Part shown: in pieces, positions 15,017 to 34,375 of the stretch | Layout of the letters: every line of letters starts with the position of its first letter | How positions within the stretch are numbered: the first letter of the stretch is position 1 | Program-made: the position numbers and the translations under genes | DNA from: the human T2T-CHM13v2.0 reference genome, Homo sapiens | Length of the DNA stretch: 64,000 nt | Assembly: GCF_009914755.1 (NCBI RefSeq) | Contig: NC_060941.1 | Reading direction: 5' to 3' (one strand) | Notes under the pieces: generated by a model | Database searches by the model: none | The model's input: only the letters and a program-made list of their open reading frames with translations | Told to the model about the DNA's origin: nothing

Positions 15017-16611
15017 ATTTTATGCCCACAGTTACTCTTTCAGGGCTATCAACTGAACATGCAGAGAAATGGTAGCAGAGTAATCTTTCTCTGCAACATG
15101 GTACAGTCTGTTTGATAAATATCTACCAGGAAAAGTGAATATTTCTGCCTGAGAAAAATGAAAGAAAAGAGGAAAAATATTACTGAATTTGTACCTAAAA
15201 GAACATGCAATGTATAAATGGAGTTTTGTGAAGAATTTATGTGATAGAGTGTGTAAGATGATTCACTGTTATGTAGTTAAGAGTCATTAATACAGACACT
15301 GCAGGCTAGCACATTAATTTTCAAAACTGTCTAGAAATAGAATTTTATTAAATACAAAGGAAAGCAGTAGACATTTAACCTTTTTTAAGTTTTGATTTCT
15401 GTACCAGACCTCTGAGAGATTCCTTTCTCTCTCTTCTAGCTGATTTCAATAGTCCTGTCTTTTCTCTGGGCTTTTGACAAGTGATGAGACCCACTATTCT
15501 TGACAGTCCTCAAGCTTGGATTTTACTGAACAAAGTAAGGTTTTAGCCAAACAAGTGGATTTCATATTTAGAACTACCTCTGGTAGTGATAGAACTTTAA
15601 GGAACAGAGAGTATAATTGTGCTTCTAGCACCCTATATCCATCCCTTTAATACTTCAGAATTCCTCTGAAAACAAAAAAGGGGAAAAAAAGAAGAAAACA
15701 TATTTCCTTCCAGCTTTAAGTCACAGCCCATCTTTGCATTGACTGGATAGCATTTTTTTTTTTAAAGCATGTGACTTCTCTCTTAGGGAGAGAGACAGCG
15801 AGAGTTATCAGCATCTTGGACAAAAGGTGTGATTTCAAAGAACAGGCTAAATGGAGAGAGGCACAGACCTGCTGTCTCATTCCACAATTTGAACTGTACC
15901 ATGAAAAAGATCACTGGACAAGTATGCTCATTAAAACATTATTCGTTATAGAAAAAAAGTCTCATAAAATCTGGAAGCAAATGAATGTCAATTAAGAGAT
16001 TATTTTTATCGAATGGAAATATGAATCAGCTTAAAATTGTGCATTTCGTTACACAGAAAGAACTTTGTAACATATTATGGAAGGAAGAAAGGGGACACAG
16101 AAGAGTCTTCAGATCAATAGGCATGTGTGTGCACGCACATGTATGTACACATAAATGCTTGAACAGTTTTTCACTAAACTATTGATGGGAGCTAATTCTG
16201 ATTGGTGGTATTTCTAGTAATCTATTTTGATTTACTGTAGTATATTTTGACTTCCTTTTTAAAAGGAAATACACATATTTCTAGAATAAGAATAAAATAG
16301 AATTTTCTTAGAGGATACAAAAGACATTCATGTACTGGTCTTCATGAAAGCATACTAAATACATGATAGAAAATATATTAAGGAATAAAAGTTTATTGGC
16401 AATGATAACAAGAAGCAGCTAAAACCAGAGGTCCTAAGCTATGAAAAATAGCTGCAATACAGTGACTTTTCTCTTCAATAAGGCGGATGGCAAAAGTGTA
16501 TTCAGACCTCTTCAGATTTCAAACAAGATGCATACAGCTCTGAAAGTAAAACTTTCCTGGGAGGTCAAATGGGTAAGTATCTTCTGGAAATAATGTAGGG
16601 TGCAAGCAGCC

Positions 16612-16830
16612 CGTGAATTTTCAAGAGTATGCCAGACACTGTTCTAGTGTTTTTTGCATATTAGTGAATTTAATCCTTGTCCAGCCCAATAAGGCTTATA
16701 CTACTAGTGCACCCATTTTACAGGTGAAATAACATCTGTGAGGCACAGTAGAGTGAGACAACTTGCTCATGGGACATATGTGAAACTACAATCAACTGAG
16801 GCAGTCTGGTTCCTCATAATCATAATATGA
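16612..16830 (-). mobile_element. MIR
   Basis: TATGCCAGACACTG...CCCATTTTACAGGTGAAA...GAGGCACAG. Confidence 0.7.
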
Positions 16831-17061
16831 ACCTCAGATCATCATAATAAGTAGGGAATACCTTTTGGGAGGCTAAAACCACATTTCAGACTGCTGGAGA
16901 GGCAGGGTTTCACGAGGGGTTTTGTAGGATGGCACCTTTGTTTTATCAGAAGTGGATTTATTGTACAAAAGATGAGAGATGGCCATACTATTGGTAGCTC
17001 CTGAATGGTGGTAACTGAGCAGAAGTAAATAGGCATTGTAGCATTAAAAATTCTCATGAGT

Positions 17062-17407
<346 letters not shown>

Positions 17408-17810
17408 TCACTAATTCATCTCCTCCGTGACTGATATGATGATTAAAATATCCTTTTCCTGATTGATATGATAACCCCCAAAGAAGGAATTCAACACTGA
17501 GAGGGAGTGTGCTCACACCAGAGACAGCATTTGTTTGGGTAGGGTAGTATTTTAAGACAAGAAATCAGAAATGAGGGGCTACCCGTCCTGATAAACCTTA
17601 GTGTCCCCTACTCTTGAGAAAAACTGGCAGGTCATGAATAAACTACTCTCATTCAGAAAACAAAAAATCCCAGCTTGGGATTGTACTTGGATGAGAGAAA
17701 ACAAACACACCATCAAAAGCTAAATAACGTCATAAAGATGAGAACTAAAACTTAAAAGAGAAATAAAAAAATACATTTAAAAATAATTATTTAATTAATA
17801 AAATGATATT

Positions 17811-18113
17811 TTATTTTATTTTTTAAGAGTTGGGGCCTCACTCAGCCCAGGCTTAAGTGTAGTGGCATTATCATAGCTCACTGCAACTTCAAATTTATAG
17901 GCTCCAGCAGTCCTCCTGCCTGTCTCCCAAGTAGCTAAGACTAGAGGTGCATGCTACCACACCCAGCTAATTTTACTTATTTATTTATTTATTTTGTAGA
18001 GAAGATGTCTTACTATGTTGACCAGGCTGGGCTTGAACTCTTGGCCTCAACCAGTCTCCTGCCTTGGCCTCCCAAAGTGCCAGGATTGTAGGGGTGAGCC
18101 ACTATACCTGGCT
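17811..18113 (-). mobile_element. AluJ
   Basis: Diverged antisense dimer with ATCATAGCTCACTGCA. Confidence 0.9.
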
Positions 18114-18114
18114 A

Positions 18115-19524
<1,410 letters not shown>

Positions 19525-20221
19525 TTAGAGAAAAATTGCACTCAAATGGATTGATTGGATAAATATTTTATTGATATCTAGCCAATTAGAAGTGGGAGAA
19601 AGAGAAAGATGTGGAGGAGATGGAAGAGGAGGAGCAGGAGAAAGAGTAAAAGAAGAAACAAAATGAAAACTCAGAAATTTCGAAGCTGAACTATAAAAGA
19701 AGTAGTAGAGGTCACTGAAAGCAAGTAAATAAAGAAATTAGAATTCAAATCTATATTAAATGGTTTATAGAATATAATGCAAATGATATAAAATTTGACA
19801 ATGTAATATTACTACAACTAATCAATATCAAAGACAGAAATATATAAGGAGAAGACATTTGAAGTATAATAACGTTTTTATTTTTAGGGCAAAATATCAG
19901 TAGATGTTGAAGTTGTTAAATTCATAAATCGAATTTAGGTTTGTTATTTTGAAGTTATAAGGTGTTAAAATGTGGCCACTGGAAGGGCTTTAATTTCAAT
20001 TCACAATGTTGGAATTACCAAAAGGGGGAAAAAGCAGAATACAGCAAAAAAGAAACACAGATCATAAAGCAAACATTTAAAGCCAAAGACACATAAAAAG
20101 AAAAAGTAAGTAACTGAAAATTAAATGGAAAAGTATTTTTCTCAATATGTCTTGAGGTCGAGTGAATCAAAATTTTTTTAAACATTCAGGACCTTAAATA
20201 CTTACATTACCGTAATGGATT

Positions 20222-21035
<814 letters not shown>

Positions 21036-22281
21036 TTTTACATATAGCTTTGTGCATCTGATTGATAGAATTAGTAAACGAGAAAGAATAACATACATTC
21101 ATTAGGCAATTCAATCGTTCTCCAAACATTTACTGAATACTCACTATGTGCTATGCATGGAAATAGGTTAGGTTAGTAAATATGCACCAAATGTATACAC
21201 GTACACATATACAAACATTTAAATGACATAAGTACACACACATACATAGAAATACAGAGGCGAGGTAAGAGACAAGAAGAAAGATAGGAAAGATTTCAAA
21301 GGAGAGATGTCAAAACGCTGACAATGTGTAACATTTCATACCGATTGAATTCTTTACAAGCATGTATTACTTTAACAACAAAATGATCTTAAAAATTTTT
21401 AAAGATTAAAAAAATCTATTTTCATTTTGGCAACAAAGAAATTCCTGCTGTCTTCAGTATGTGCCCTTACAAAAAATGTCAACATTGTGTCTTTGGCTAT
21501 AATCCACTGGTGAGAAGACCTCAGCAGGAATACAGCAGATTTCTGTAGTCTTGCTGGGGTTAGATTTCCTATTTCATCATCTGAAAAAAATCATAGAACA
21601 AAATGCTTCAATAGCCCAGGCTTTCTGGAACATTCATATATGCAGAATAAAGAGACTAAGCCTTATTTTAAAAAAGAAAAAGAAAAAGCCCATCCAAAGA
21701 TGCACATTCTGCCGAGCTATAGCTCTATAGGCACACACATTGTACCGGTATAAAATAAAGATCTTGCTTGTCAAGGACAACACATTTTAATGGCTTGGGA
21801 ATTAAAATCTGGTTTCAGCAACCCCTTTGCCCCATTGTAGTAAATTAAATTTAATGCTGACAGGAGTAATGCACATTAGACTCCAGAGCATAAATTTAAG
21901 CACCAAATTAATGCAACTGGACTGAAATGAAGGGTCCTGGAAGAACATTAGGGGAAGAACAGACTCCTTTAATGATTGTTCTTTTCAAAATGGGGAAAGT
22001 CGGTTCTAAGAAGCAGAAAGGCAAAACTATCTGCAGTCTCAGAAGCCTCTGGGATTACTGGCGCTGGTTTGTATGTCTCTGTTGAGCTTCTATTAGCAGT
22101 ATTTCATCCACTCACTCTCCTCTCATTTCATGAATATCTCATCAGTTCTTTTGGCTGTAGCAACACCATTTTAGGAGAAGAGTAAACTATTAATGAAAGG
22201 GCAGTGAGAACTTGTATTGAAAGGTTAAAGGGAAAGTGGAAGGAAAATATATCCTTAATGAAATTGAACGTATTCACTTTT

Positions 22282-22600
22282 GGCCGGGCGCAGTGGCTCA
22301 CGCCTATAGTCCCAGCACTTTGGGAGGCCGAGGCAGGTGGATGACCTGAGGTCAAGAGTTTGAGCCTAGCCTGGCCAACGTGGTGAAATCTTGTCTCTAC
22401 TAAAAATACAAAAAAAAGAGAAAAAAAAAATTAGCCTGGTGTCGTGGGGGGTGCCTATAGTCCCAGCTACTCGGGGAGGCTGAGGCAGGAGAAATGCTTG
22501 AACCCAGGAGGCGGAGGTTGCTGTGAGCTAAGATCGCGCCGCTGCTCTCCAGCCTGGGTGACAGAGGGAGAGTCTATCTCAAAAAGAAAAAAAGAAAGAA
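22282..22600 (+). mobile_element. AluS (Sx-like)
   Basis: Full dimer; degenerate TSD around GTAYTCACTTT. Confidence 0.94.
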
Positions 22601-22714
22601 AGTACTCACTTTCTTTTTCTGTATTACAAATATAAGCAGTTTTTATAATGACTGATTTAATTTTCAGAACAAATGCAGATCCCAGATTTGTAGGAGTTAA
22701 AAACTCTACCAAAA

Positions 22715-23017
<303 letters not shown>

Positions 23018-23089
23018 TCTACAAAAACTTCTAGTTAATAATCACAGTAGTCAGAAGTGGAAATGATTTTTTCCTATCCTATTGCAAGA

Positions 23090-23630
23090 TTGCCTCCATT
23101 TTATAGTTGATATTCTTCTGATAGCAATTTATTTCTTTTTCTTTACTAGTAGGAACCCAATTTGTTTAGGTAACTATCTCTCTTGTTTTCCGGAGTAGGT
23201 GAGCCAGTGTCTCAGAAACAACTAAACTATATTTGTGTAAGCTGATAACAATGGTCCTGTTCCCCCCAGCCAGTGATTGGTTTAGATATGAGCAGGAAAC
23301 TTAATTCTGGTCAACAACTTGCAAGATGAAGTGTGCTGAAGAGCTTACGGAAAAGGTTGTCGTACTCCTTAGAAATAAACAGGAAGAAGTATCTATTGTT
23401 GAATATTGCAGCCTCTGCACATAGTGCTTAGAATTCTGGTGCCTGTCCAGGGACCATGAAGAGGAGTAGTCCAGAGTCCCTGTACTTGATAATAATGTTG
23501 GCATGCTGCTAGAACTGCTGTCCTCCAGACTCCCTGATATGAAAGATAAAACATCCCCGTGTTGTTTAAATGTTTTTAAGTTTTATTGTTTTTTCCTGAT
23601 ACTTGGAGCCAAAATAATCCTAATCAATAA
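23090..23630 (+). mobile_element. Old MLT1 (K/L-like) LTR
   Basis: GCCAGTGATTGGTTTAG...AATTCTGGTCAA; 3' end GATACTTGGAGCCAAAATAATCCTAA. Confidence 0.55.
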
Positions 23631-23819
23631 ACTGAATCATGGACCAGAGCTTTATTCAGTCACTTAGCCAACCATTTTGATTTCCTTCTATGTGTCAGCT
23701 GGTATGTTTGGTGCTAGGAATATAATAGCGCCAGGGACACAAGACGGATATGGTCTCTCCCTCACAAAGCCTATGGCTTAGTGAGGATTCAAGACTTCAA
23801 AAAAATAATCAGTTGATAG

Positions 23820-23900
23820 ATGCACTGAAGGCCCTGACTTCACCACAATGCAATATATCAACGTAGGAAAATTGCACTTGTGTCCCATGAATATATATAA
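23820..23900 (+). mobile_element. L1MA 3' terminal fragment
   Basis: GCCCTGACTTCACCACAATGCAATATATC...TTGCACTTGTGTCCC. Confidence 0.7.
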
Positions 23901-23902
23901 GT

Positions 23903-24655
23903 GGTCATTAGAGAAATGAAAATCAAAACCGCAATGAGATACATCTCACACCAGCTGGAATGGCAATCATTAAAAAGTCAGGAAACAACAGATGCTGGAG
24001 AAGATGTGGAGAAATAGGAATGCTTTTACACTGTTTTTGGGAGTGTAAATTAATTCAACCATTGTGGAAGACAGTGTGGTGATTCCTCAAGGATCTAGAA
24101 CCACAAATACCATTTGACCCAGCAATCCCATTACTGGTTATATACCCAAAGGATTATAAATCATTCTACTATGAAAACACATGCACCTATATGTTTATTG
24201 CAGCACTATTCACAATAGCAAAGACTTGGAACCAACCCAAATGCCCATCAATGATAGAATGGATAAAGAAAATGTGGCCCATATACACCATGGAATACTA
24301 TGCAGCCATAAAAAAGGATGAGTTCATATCCTTTGCAGGAACACGGATGAAGATCGAAACCATCATTCTCGGCAAACTAACACAGCAACAGAAAACCAAC
24401 CACCACATGTTCTCACTCATAAGTGGAGGTTGAATAATGAAAACACATGGACACAGGGAGGGGAACATCACACACCAGGGCCTGTTAGGGTGTGGGGGGC
24501 TAGGGGAGGGATAGCATTAGGAGAAATATCTAATGTAGATGACGGGTTGATGGGTGCAGCAAACCACTATGGCACGTGTATACCTGTGTAACAAACCTGC
24601 ACGTTCTGCACATGTATTCCAGAACTTAAAGTATAATTTAAAAAAGGTAAAAAAA
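23903..24655 (+). mobile_element. L1PA7-like 5'-truncated element (ORF2 C-terminus and 3' UTR)
   Basis: ORF 24191-24433 (MFIAALFTIAKTWNQPKCP...) is the L1 ORF2 C-terminus; 3' UTR follows. Confidence 0.95.
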
Positions 24656-24699
24656 ATTAGTTAAAGAGTAAGTATAAGAAATAAAAGGAAAAGCCAATG

Positions 24700-24988
24700 T
24701 CTCTCTCTGTATCTCTCTCTCTTTCTCTTCTTGGAGACAGAATCTCACTCTGTTGCCCAGGCTGGAGTGCAGCAGTACAACCATGGCTCACTGCAGTCTC
24801 AACCTCCTAGGCTCAAGTGATCCTCCCACCTCAGACCCCCAAGTAGCTGGAACTACAGGCATGCACCACCATTCCTGGCTAATTTAATTTTTTTTTTTTT
24901 TTTTTGTAGAGACAGGGTCTCACTGTGTTGCCCAGGTTAATCTTGAACTCCTGGGCTCAAGCAATCCTCCCACCCTGACTTCCAAAGT
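24700..24988 (-). mobile_element. AluJ with CT-rich tail
   Basis: J-type CTCCTGGGCTCAAGCAATCCTCCCAC. Confidence 0.9.
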
Positions 24989-25019
24989 ATATATCATTTT
25001 TAAAGTAAGTAAATATAGA

Positions 25020-25430
25020 ATTGGTGAACAGATTAGTTATTCCCAAGGATTACAGGTAAGGTTTTGGTAGGCATAGCTATAAAGGAATAACACGGAGGAA
25101 TTCTTGTGATGATGGAACAATTTTTTATGTTGATTGTGGTAAGAGTTACATGAATCTACATACATAATAAAATTACACAGAACTACACACACACACATGC
25201 ATGTACACATACATACATACAAATGATAACATGCAATTCTGGGGCTATATAAGCTCTGTGGATTGTACCATGTCAAACCCCTAATATTCTTTAGCACAGG
25301 ATATTGTACTAGCTATGCAAGGTGTTACCATTAAAGATAAGGGGCCAAAGGTACATGAGACCTTCCTGCACATTTTTTACAACTTCCTATGAATCCAGAA
25401 TTATTTCAAAAATGAAATTTAGAAAGTTAA
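25020..25430 (+). mobile_element. L1MC-like 3' end
   Basis: GATTGTGGTAAGAGTTACATGAATCTACA...AGAATTATTTCAAAAATG. Confidence 0.7.
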
Positions 25431-25519
25431 TAATAATAATAAGGAATTTATTGTTAGAATAGCAAATTGAACAAATACATCTAATTTCTAATTTCTAATC
25501 TTCCAAAAGCCACCACTAA

Positions 25520-28680
<3,161 letters not shown>

Positions 28681-29074
28681 AAAAAAGTATGATGTTCTTA
28701 AGAAAAGTATGTGGTGTGTAGTTGAGCTAAAGGACCTGGGGCAGTTTTCCTAAGGAAATATTCAAGATAAGACTAAGCCAGCGAGCAGAAATTTATAAAT
28801 CCAAATTGAGAAAGCAGGGAAGGGGGACAGAAATGGGGGAAGCATTCCAGGCGGTAGGATCAACAAATATAAGAAACTTCATAGGAAAAAAGCCTGGTAG
28901 CATCAAGATACTGAAGAAAACCTTTGCGGCTTAGCAGTTAAGACATGAGTGACATGCAATTAAGTTGAAGAAACAATCAGTAGCCAAAGCATATAGAGTC
29001 TTGTGGACATATGAAGCATTGTGAACTCAACCCTTAAGTCAACAGGTTTTAGGCAGAGAGGAAACTGACTTTTA

Positions 29075-29394
29075 TTTATTTTTAATCTTATTAATTATTT
29101 AGTATTTTAGAGATAGGGTCTCATTCTGTCACTCATGCTGAAGTACAGTGGTGCCATTATAGCTTACAATGAACTTTGATCTCTGAGCTCAAGATATTTG
29201 TCAGCCCCAGTCTCCCAAGTAGCTGGGACCTCAGGTCTGTGCCACCACACCTGGCTAATTTTTAATTTTATTTTTTTAGAGACAGGGTCTCACTATGTTG
29301 CTCACGCTGGTCTCAAACTCCTGGCCTCAAGAGATCCTCCCACCTCAGTCTCCCAAAGTGCTGGGATTGTAGGCATGAGCTATCACACCCGGCC
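29075..29394 (-). mobile_element. AluJ inserted in L2
   Basis: Diverged antisense dimer; TSD AGGA(A)ACTGACTTTTA. Confidence 0.9.
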
Positions 29395-29779
29395 CAGGAA
29401 CTGACTTTTAAAACACTAGTTTGGCAGCTCCAAAACCAGTTTTGGAGACTGGTTTGGTGGAGGCAAGGGGAATGCAGAGACAATAATTATGAAGATTGCT
29501 CAGTAGTTAAGGAAGGAGATGATGAGGAAAATAATAGCTGAAAGTCAAAACATGTAACATGCAGAGAGCCACATCTACAACCAAGACATGTGAATTGAAG
29601 TCCAGTGTTTGACCTCTACACTGCATGGCAAGATGACAGTTTAGCATTAATGTGATCATAAGAATAAAATTTTTAAAAGGTGGTTTCATTTCAATAGAAG
29701 TAAGTAGGTGGAAGTGTCTATTTTAACCTGGAAAAAGAGAAACTGTGCTTTTTAGCTCATGTCACTTCCTAGAGTTGCC

Positions 29780-30270
29780 CATTCATTTGTTCATCCATTC
29801 AGCAAGTATTTTTTAGCACCAGCTGTATGCCAGACACTATTCCCAGGAGCGCAGCTAAGAAGAAAAAAGGTCTCTGATGTCTTTCATCATACAGCTTTCA
29901 TTCTACCTGGGTAGACAACAAAGACTATATTTATAAAAAACCCGCCACAACAAAACAAATTAGAGAGATAGAGAATGCCAGGGTGGAGAGGTAAAGTGGT
30001 CAGGGAGACTCTCTCAAAAAGTTATATTTGATAGGATGCCTGTGTGAATTGGGGGTAGCCAGTTAGTGATCTGGGAGAAGAGAATTCCTTAGAGGAGAAT
30101 AACTTTCCTCTATAGCTTTCCACTTCTAGGCAGAAGTGATGGGCAAAGGTCTTGTTTTGAGAGTTGTACTTGATCTGTTAAAGATATAGCAAGCCTGGAG
30201 TGGAGAAAGCAAAAAGAATAGTAAAAGATGAGGCTGGAGAAGTAGCCAGGACAAAATAAAATAAGGCTCT
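29780..30270 (-). mobile_element. L2 3' region
   Basis: CATTCATTTGTTCATCCATTCAGCAAGTATTT...TATGCCAGACACT. Confidence 0.7.
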
Positions 30271-31383
30271 GCCCATACTCAGTCTCAATAAATTAAAGAT
30301 TAAAAGGTATATATCAAAGCCAGTATTTCTAAGCCTGGGCTGTGGTAATAGCCTCCTGGTTGATTTTCCTGCCTCTACTCTCTCTGTTCAGTCATCATGT
30401 ACAAGATTGCCAGATAAATCTTCCTAAAGCACAGAATTTTATCACATATCTCTCCTCTCCTCAATAACTTTTACTAGCTTTGCTGGATCAAAAGGAAATT
30501 CCTCAAGCTTGACCGGTTACCTGCAAACCCTTTCCTAGCCAGCCTTTCCTTTCCTATATACACTTGTCTCTCAACATGCCCCCAAATGGGTTCCTTGTTT
30601 CAGTATTTCTGTGCCCCTCACCATTCACTACCAGCATTCTGTGATTCTTACTTCCATATCCTTCAATACTCAAGTCAATTCACCTTGGTTGTAGATGTCC
30701 AATTCCTATTTTCAGAGTGCTTAAAATAAGTAAGGAGAAGATACCAATCACTGTGATGCAATGGTAGAAATGAGATGTACTATTGAAAAGGAGCAATTTT
30801 TGCTATGGAATGTTTCAAAACAGGAGATAACTTTCAGCTGAAGTGCTCCTGGAGAACTTAGTGCCTTGACGATTTTTACTATCTTGAACTATTGGGTACC
30901 CTTATAGAATGCTTTGGATTTATTCTCTTTCTCTTGTGTGTTTGTCCTCTAGAACTAGACTCTAGCCCCTCTAGAGTGAGAGATATTGTCTTCTGTTAAT
31001 TTCCAGTGGCTGTCAAGACTTCCCACAGGGTCTAGCATAGACCAGGAAGTCTCTAAATGCAGATGCAGTGAAAATTGATTGCATTTGAATCCAAATGCCA
31101 TTATTGCACAATTGTACTATTACGTGATCCTGCTGAGCAACCTTTCTACGCCATAGTCACCACCCAGTGGACTAACTGGGAATAGGAGTTTACAACCTTA
31201 TTAATAAAGAATATGTCAGCACCAGATATATATGGTCTTTTGGTTTGGACTGACAGCTCATCTGCAATTCTTCTATTAAATTAAAATGAATGATTTCTAA
31301 TTCATTATGGTACCAGTGGTGGGTATGTTAGAGTCGAAAGGATATTTTCTGTATGAGTGATAAGACTATCAGAACACAGCTGG

Positions 31384-31726
31384 TGATATAGTTAGGCGTT
31401 GTGTCCTCACACAAATTTCATCTTGAATTGTAATGCCCATATGTCAAGGGAGAGACCAGGTGGAGGTAATTGAATCATGAGGGCGGTTTCCCCCAGGCTG
31501 TTCTCGTGATAAGTGAGTGAGTTCTCACGAGATCTGATGGTTTTATAAGGGGCTCTTCTCCTTCCCGCCACCGTGAAAGAAGATGCCTTGCTTCCTCTTC
31601 CACCGTGATTCTGTTTCCTGAGGCCTCCCCAGCCATGCTGAACTGTGAGTCAATTAAATCTCTTATCTTTATAAATTACCCAGTCTCAGGCAGTTCTTTA
31701 TAGCAGTATGAAAACAGACTAATACA
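31384..31726 (+). mobile_element. THE1D-like solo LTR
   Basis: TG...CA termini with perfect 5-bp TSD GCTGG. Confidence 0.93.
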
Positions 31727-32514
31727 GCTGGTATGTTGGAATCGATTATGAGAACTGTGTGATGTTATGGATAACATACTAGAAATTTTGAACAACTCAT
31801 GCTTTTTAAAAAACCTATTTTTGTTCTTATATTATCTAATATCAAGATAGCATATGATTTTGCCATTATGGGAGAAAATTGATAATCCATAGTCTAAATC
31901 ATCCTTTAAAGATCAGGAGATTTAAGCCTGGGGAGTGAAAATCACTTATCTGAAATGACACAATTATTTAGTAAGAAATCTAGAGTTAGAGCCTGGGTCA
32001 TCTGCTCTTGTCCCAGCTCTTTCTGTTTTGTGGCACAGTCTCCTCAAAGGGGCAGATCCTCAGCAAAATTCTTATTACTTTTGTTCCCAGTTGCTGCCAG
32101 TTTTCCTATCAGTGGGCACCACCAGGAAAAATAAGGCAGCAGGGCAGCCTCGTGTACAAGGTTTTTCTATTTTACCAACAGATTGCTCTCATGCTTTTGG
32201 GGAAAGAGTAACCTTAAAATGATGAATGCTTGTCCTATTAAAAGCTCTTCCAGCACAGGCATTATTGATAGTGTGCAAAAAGGACATCCATTTTAGTGCA
32301 AATGAAAATTGAAATGGAGAGAACATCATGTCTTTTTTTTCGAATATATGATGCTGGCTCACGTACAGTGTGATTGGTGTGAGCTGAAAACAGCTGTCCA
32401 GAGTCCTTACGACCTTTGCCTACCTCCCACTGGTGATAACAAGGACAGCTGATCAGTAAGAAAGCTAGTTTCCTAACATCTATATAATAAATGTACAGCC
32501 TTAGCAGGGCACTC

Positions 32515-33015
32515 AAGCACCCTCATGATCTAGTATCAACTTACCTCAGATTTGTTTTCCATTATTTTTTTTGTCTCAAAACCAATGTGCTAGTTATCTG
32601 AGGTTATTCTCATTATGATTTCCAGATCATTTTCTGTTTTTCTGAGCTCCTTCCTGCATAGACTGTTTCCTCTGCTTTACAATCCTTTCCCTTCTTTTCT
32701 GCAAGGCTAAATAATTCTTTTCCTTCATAGTTCAGCTCAGTTTCACCACTGGAGTCTTTTCCACCCCTTCTATTTGTCAAGTTGCCTGAACTATTGCATC
32801 ATCAGGAGACCTCTAACGCCTTTGAATTTACTAAGGATATTCACGTTACATGGAATTATGGTCAGATATATGTTTGTCTTCTCATCTAGAGGGTGTGCTT
32901 CCTGAGAGCAGAGAGCTTGTGCATCTTTGCATCTCCAGTGTCTAGCACAATGCTTAGGAGATAGCACACAATTAAATATTTGGTTAAAGACGGGAACTAT
33001 AAATGAGTGGTGAGT
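32515..33015 (+). mobile_element. L2 3' fragment
   Basis: CTCCAGTGTCTAGCACAATGCTT...AAATATTTG. Confidence 0.6.
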
Positions 33016-33589
33016 GAATGAGGAACACATGTGAGACCAGAAAGCTTCATGCTCTTGGTTACTTCTTATTTAGAAAGACTTTCTCAGCCATAGACTCAAT
33101 TTTAGCCACAGTCAGTCCCAATTATCAGAAATTTGGAGAATCTGCCTGGGCAATCATCCCAGTTGCCAAGGTTTGTGTCATCTGTATATCACCTAGTAAT
33201 GATTTTCCAGTGAGTAATATGGAGCTCACCTGAAAGAGGTTTGTCTATTAAAATCCATCTTTTTCAGTGACATGACAGAGCACTTGGAACCCTCCATGCT
33301 GGATAATTAACATTCATGCATTAATCTTTCTGCTTTGTCATTGGGTTTGAACCCTGTGCCAGTGATCATTATCTCATGATATGAGAATTTCAAAGTAAAC
33401 TGGCAGTTAATTTAACAGCATTTAAAAGTAATGAAAGAGTAAAGATGTCAGAATGAAATACACATTTCTTTGAAAACCCAGACAACTATTGCAACTATTT
33501 TGAAATCCGGTTAAGCATACAAACCTTTAAAAGGGCAGGATAAAAGAACAGCTGAATTGTGATTTAGTTCAGACAGGGAACCATTAGGG

Positions 33590-33815
33590 AGGCAGTATGG
33601 AAAAATGAAAAAAGGATTAGGCTTAGAGCCAGGAGGCCTGGATTTAAAATCCTAGCTTCACCTGTTCTTCGCTGTGTCCTCTTAGCTAAATTCCTGTTTC
33701 TTTTGTCCATAAACTGCATATTAATTTCTACATTGCAGCATTACTAAAGGTAGAATGCAATAACATATATGTAAGCCCAAGATCTGACACGAAGTTGGTG
33801 CTCAAGAAATATGCC
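33590..33815 (+). mobile_element. MIR
   Basis: GGCAGTATGG...AGAGCCAGGAGGCCTGGATTTAAAATCCTAGCT. Confidence 0.6.
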
Positions 33816-34119
33816 TTAATTTCTTCTTCAAAAAAAGAACATCGTGACAGAGCATGTGTTATATCTCCGTGCCCTTTGTGAACATAGAAAAAACAGCTGA
33901 TTCGGAAATGGGGATTTAGTGGAATCAAATATGCATAAGGAGCTAAGATCACTCAGGAGCTTAGTACAGCACTTCAGACTTATTTCAAATTGAGAGAAAT
34001 CAGCGGGCCTACTCAATCTTACTGCCCCACTGGAACAGCAGCTAAAACCTCTGGGTAGCTAAAACAAATAAGACATGTCTAATACCAAGCCTAGACTCTT
34101 AACTCATAACTGAAACTCA

Positions 34120-34375
34120 TAATAGTAGAAAGAGCAGAAGCTTTTGGAGCCAACAAGAACTAAGTTCAAATCCTAGTTCAGCTGCTTCTAAATCCCATGG
34201 CACTAAGAGTCATGTAATTCCTGATGACTGACCCCTCTGAGTTGCAGTTATTTTGTAGGTAAAATGGGAGTAAAGTACCTCCTCCACAGGATGGTTCTGA
34301 ATATTAAATTTGATAATCCATATAAGCACTAACATAGTACCTGAACACACAGTGGGTGCCTCACAATGTTAGCTT
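34120..34375 (+). mobile_element. MIR
   Basis: GCTTTTGGAGCCAA...GTTCAAATCCTAG...GTAAAATGGGA. Confidence 0.65.

Noticed and set aside
32535-32550. Strong minus-strand donor GAG|gtaagt
   Set aside because: Inside an L2 relic with no matching acceptor.
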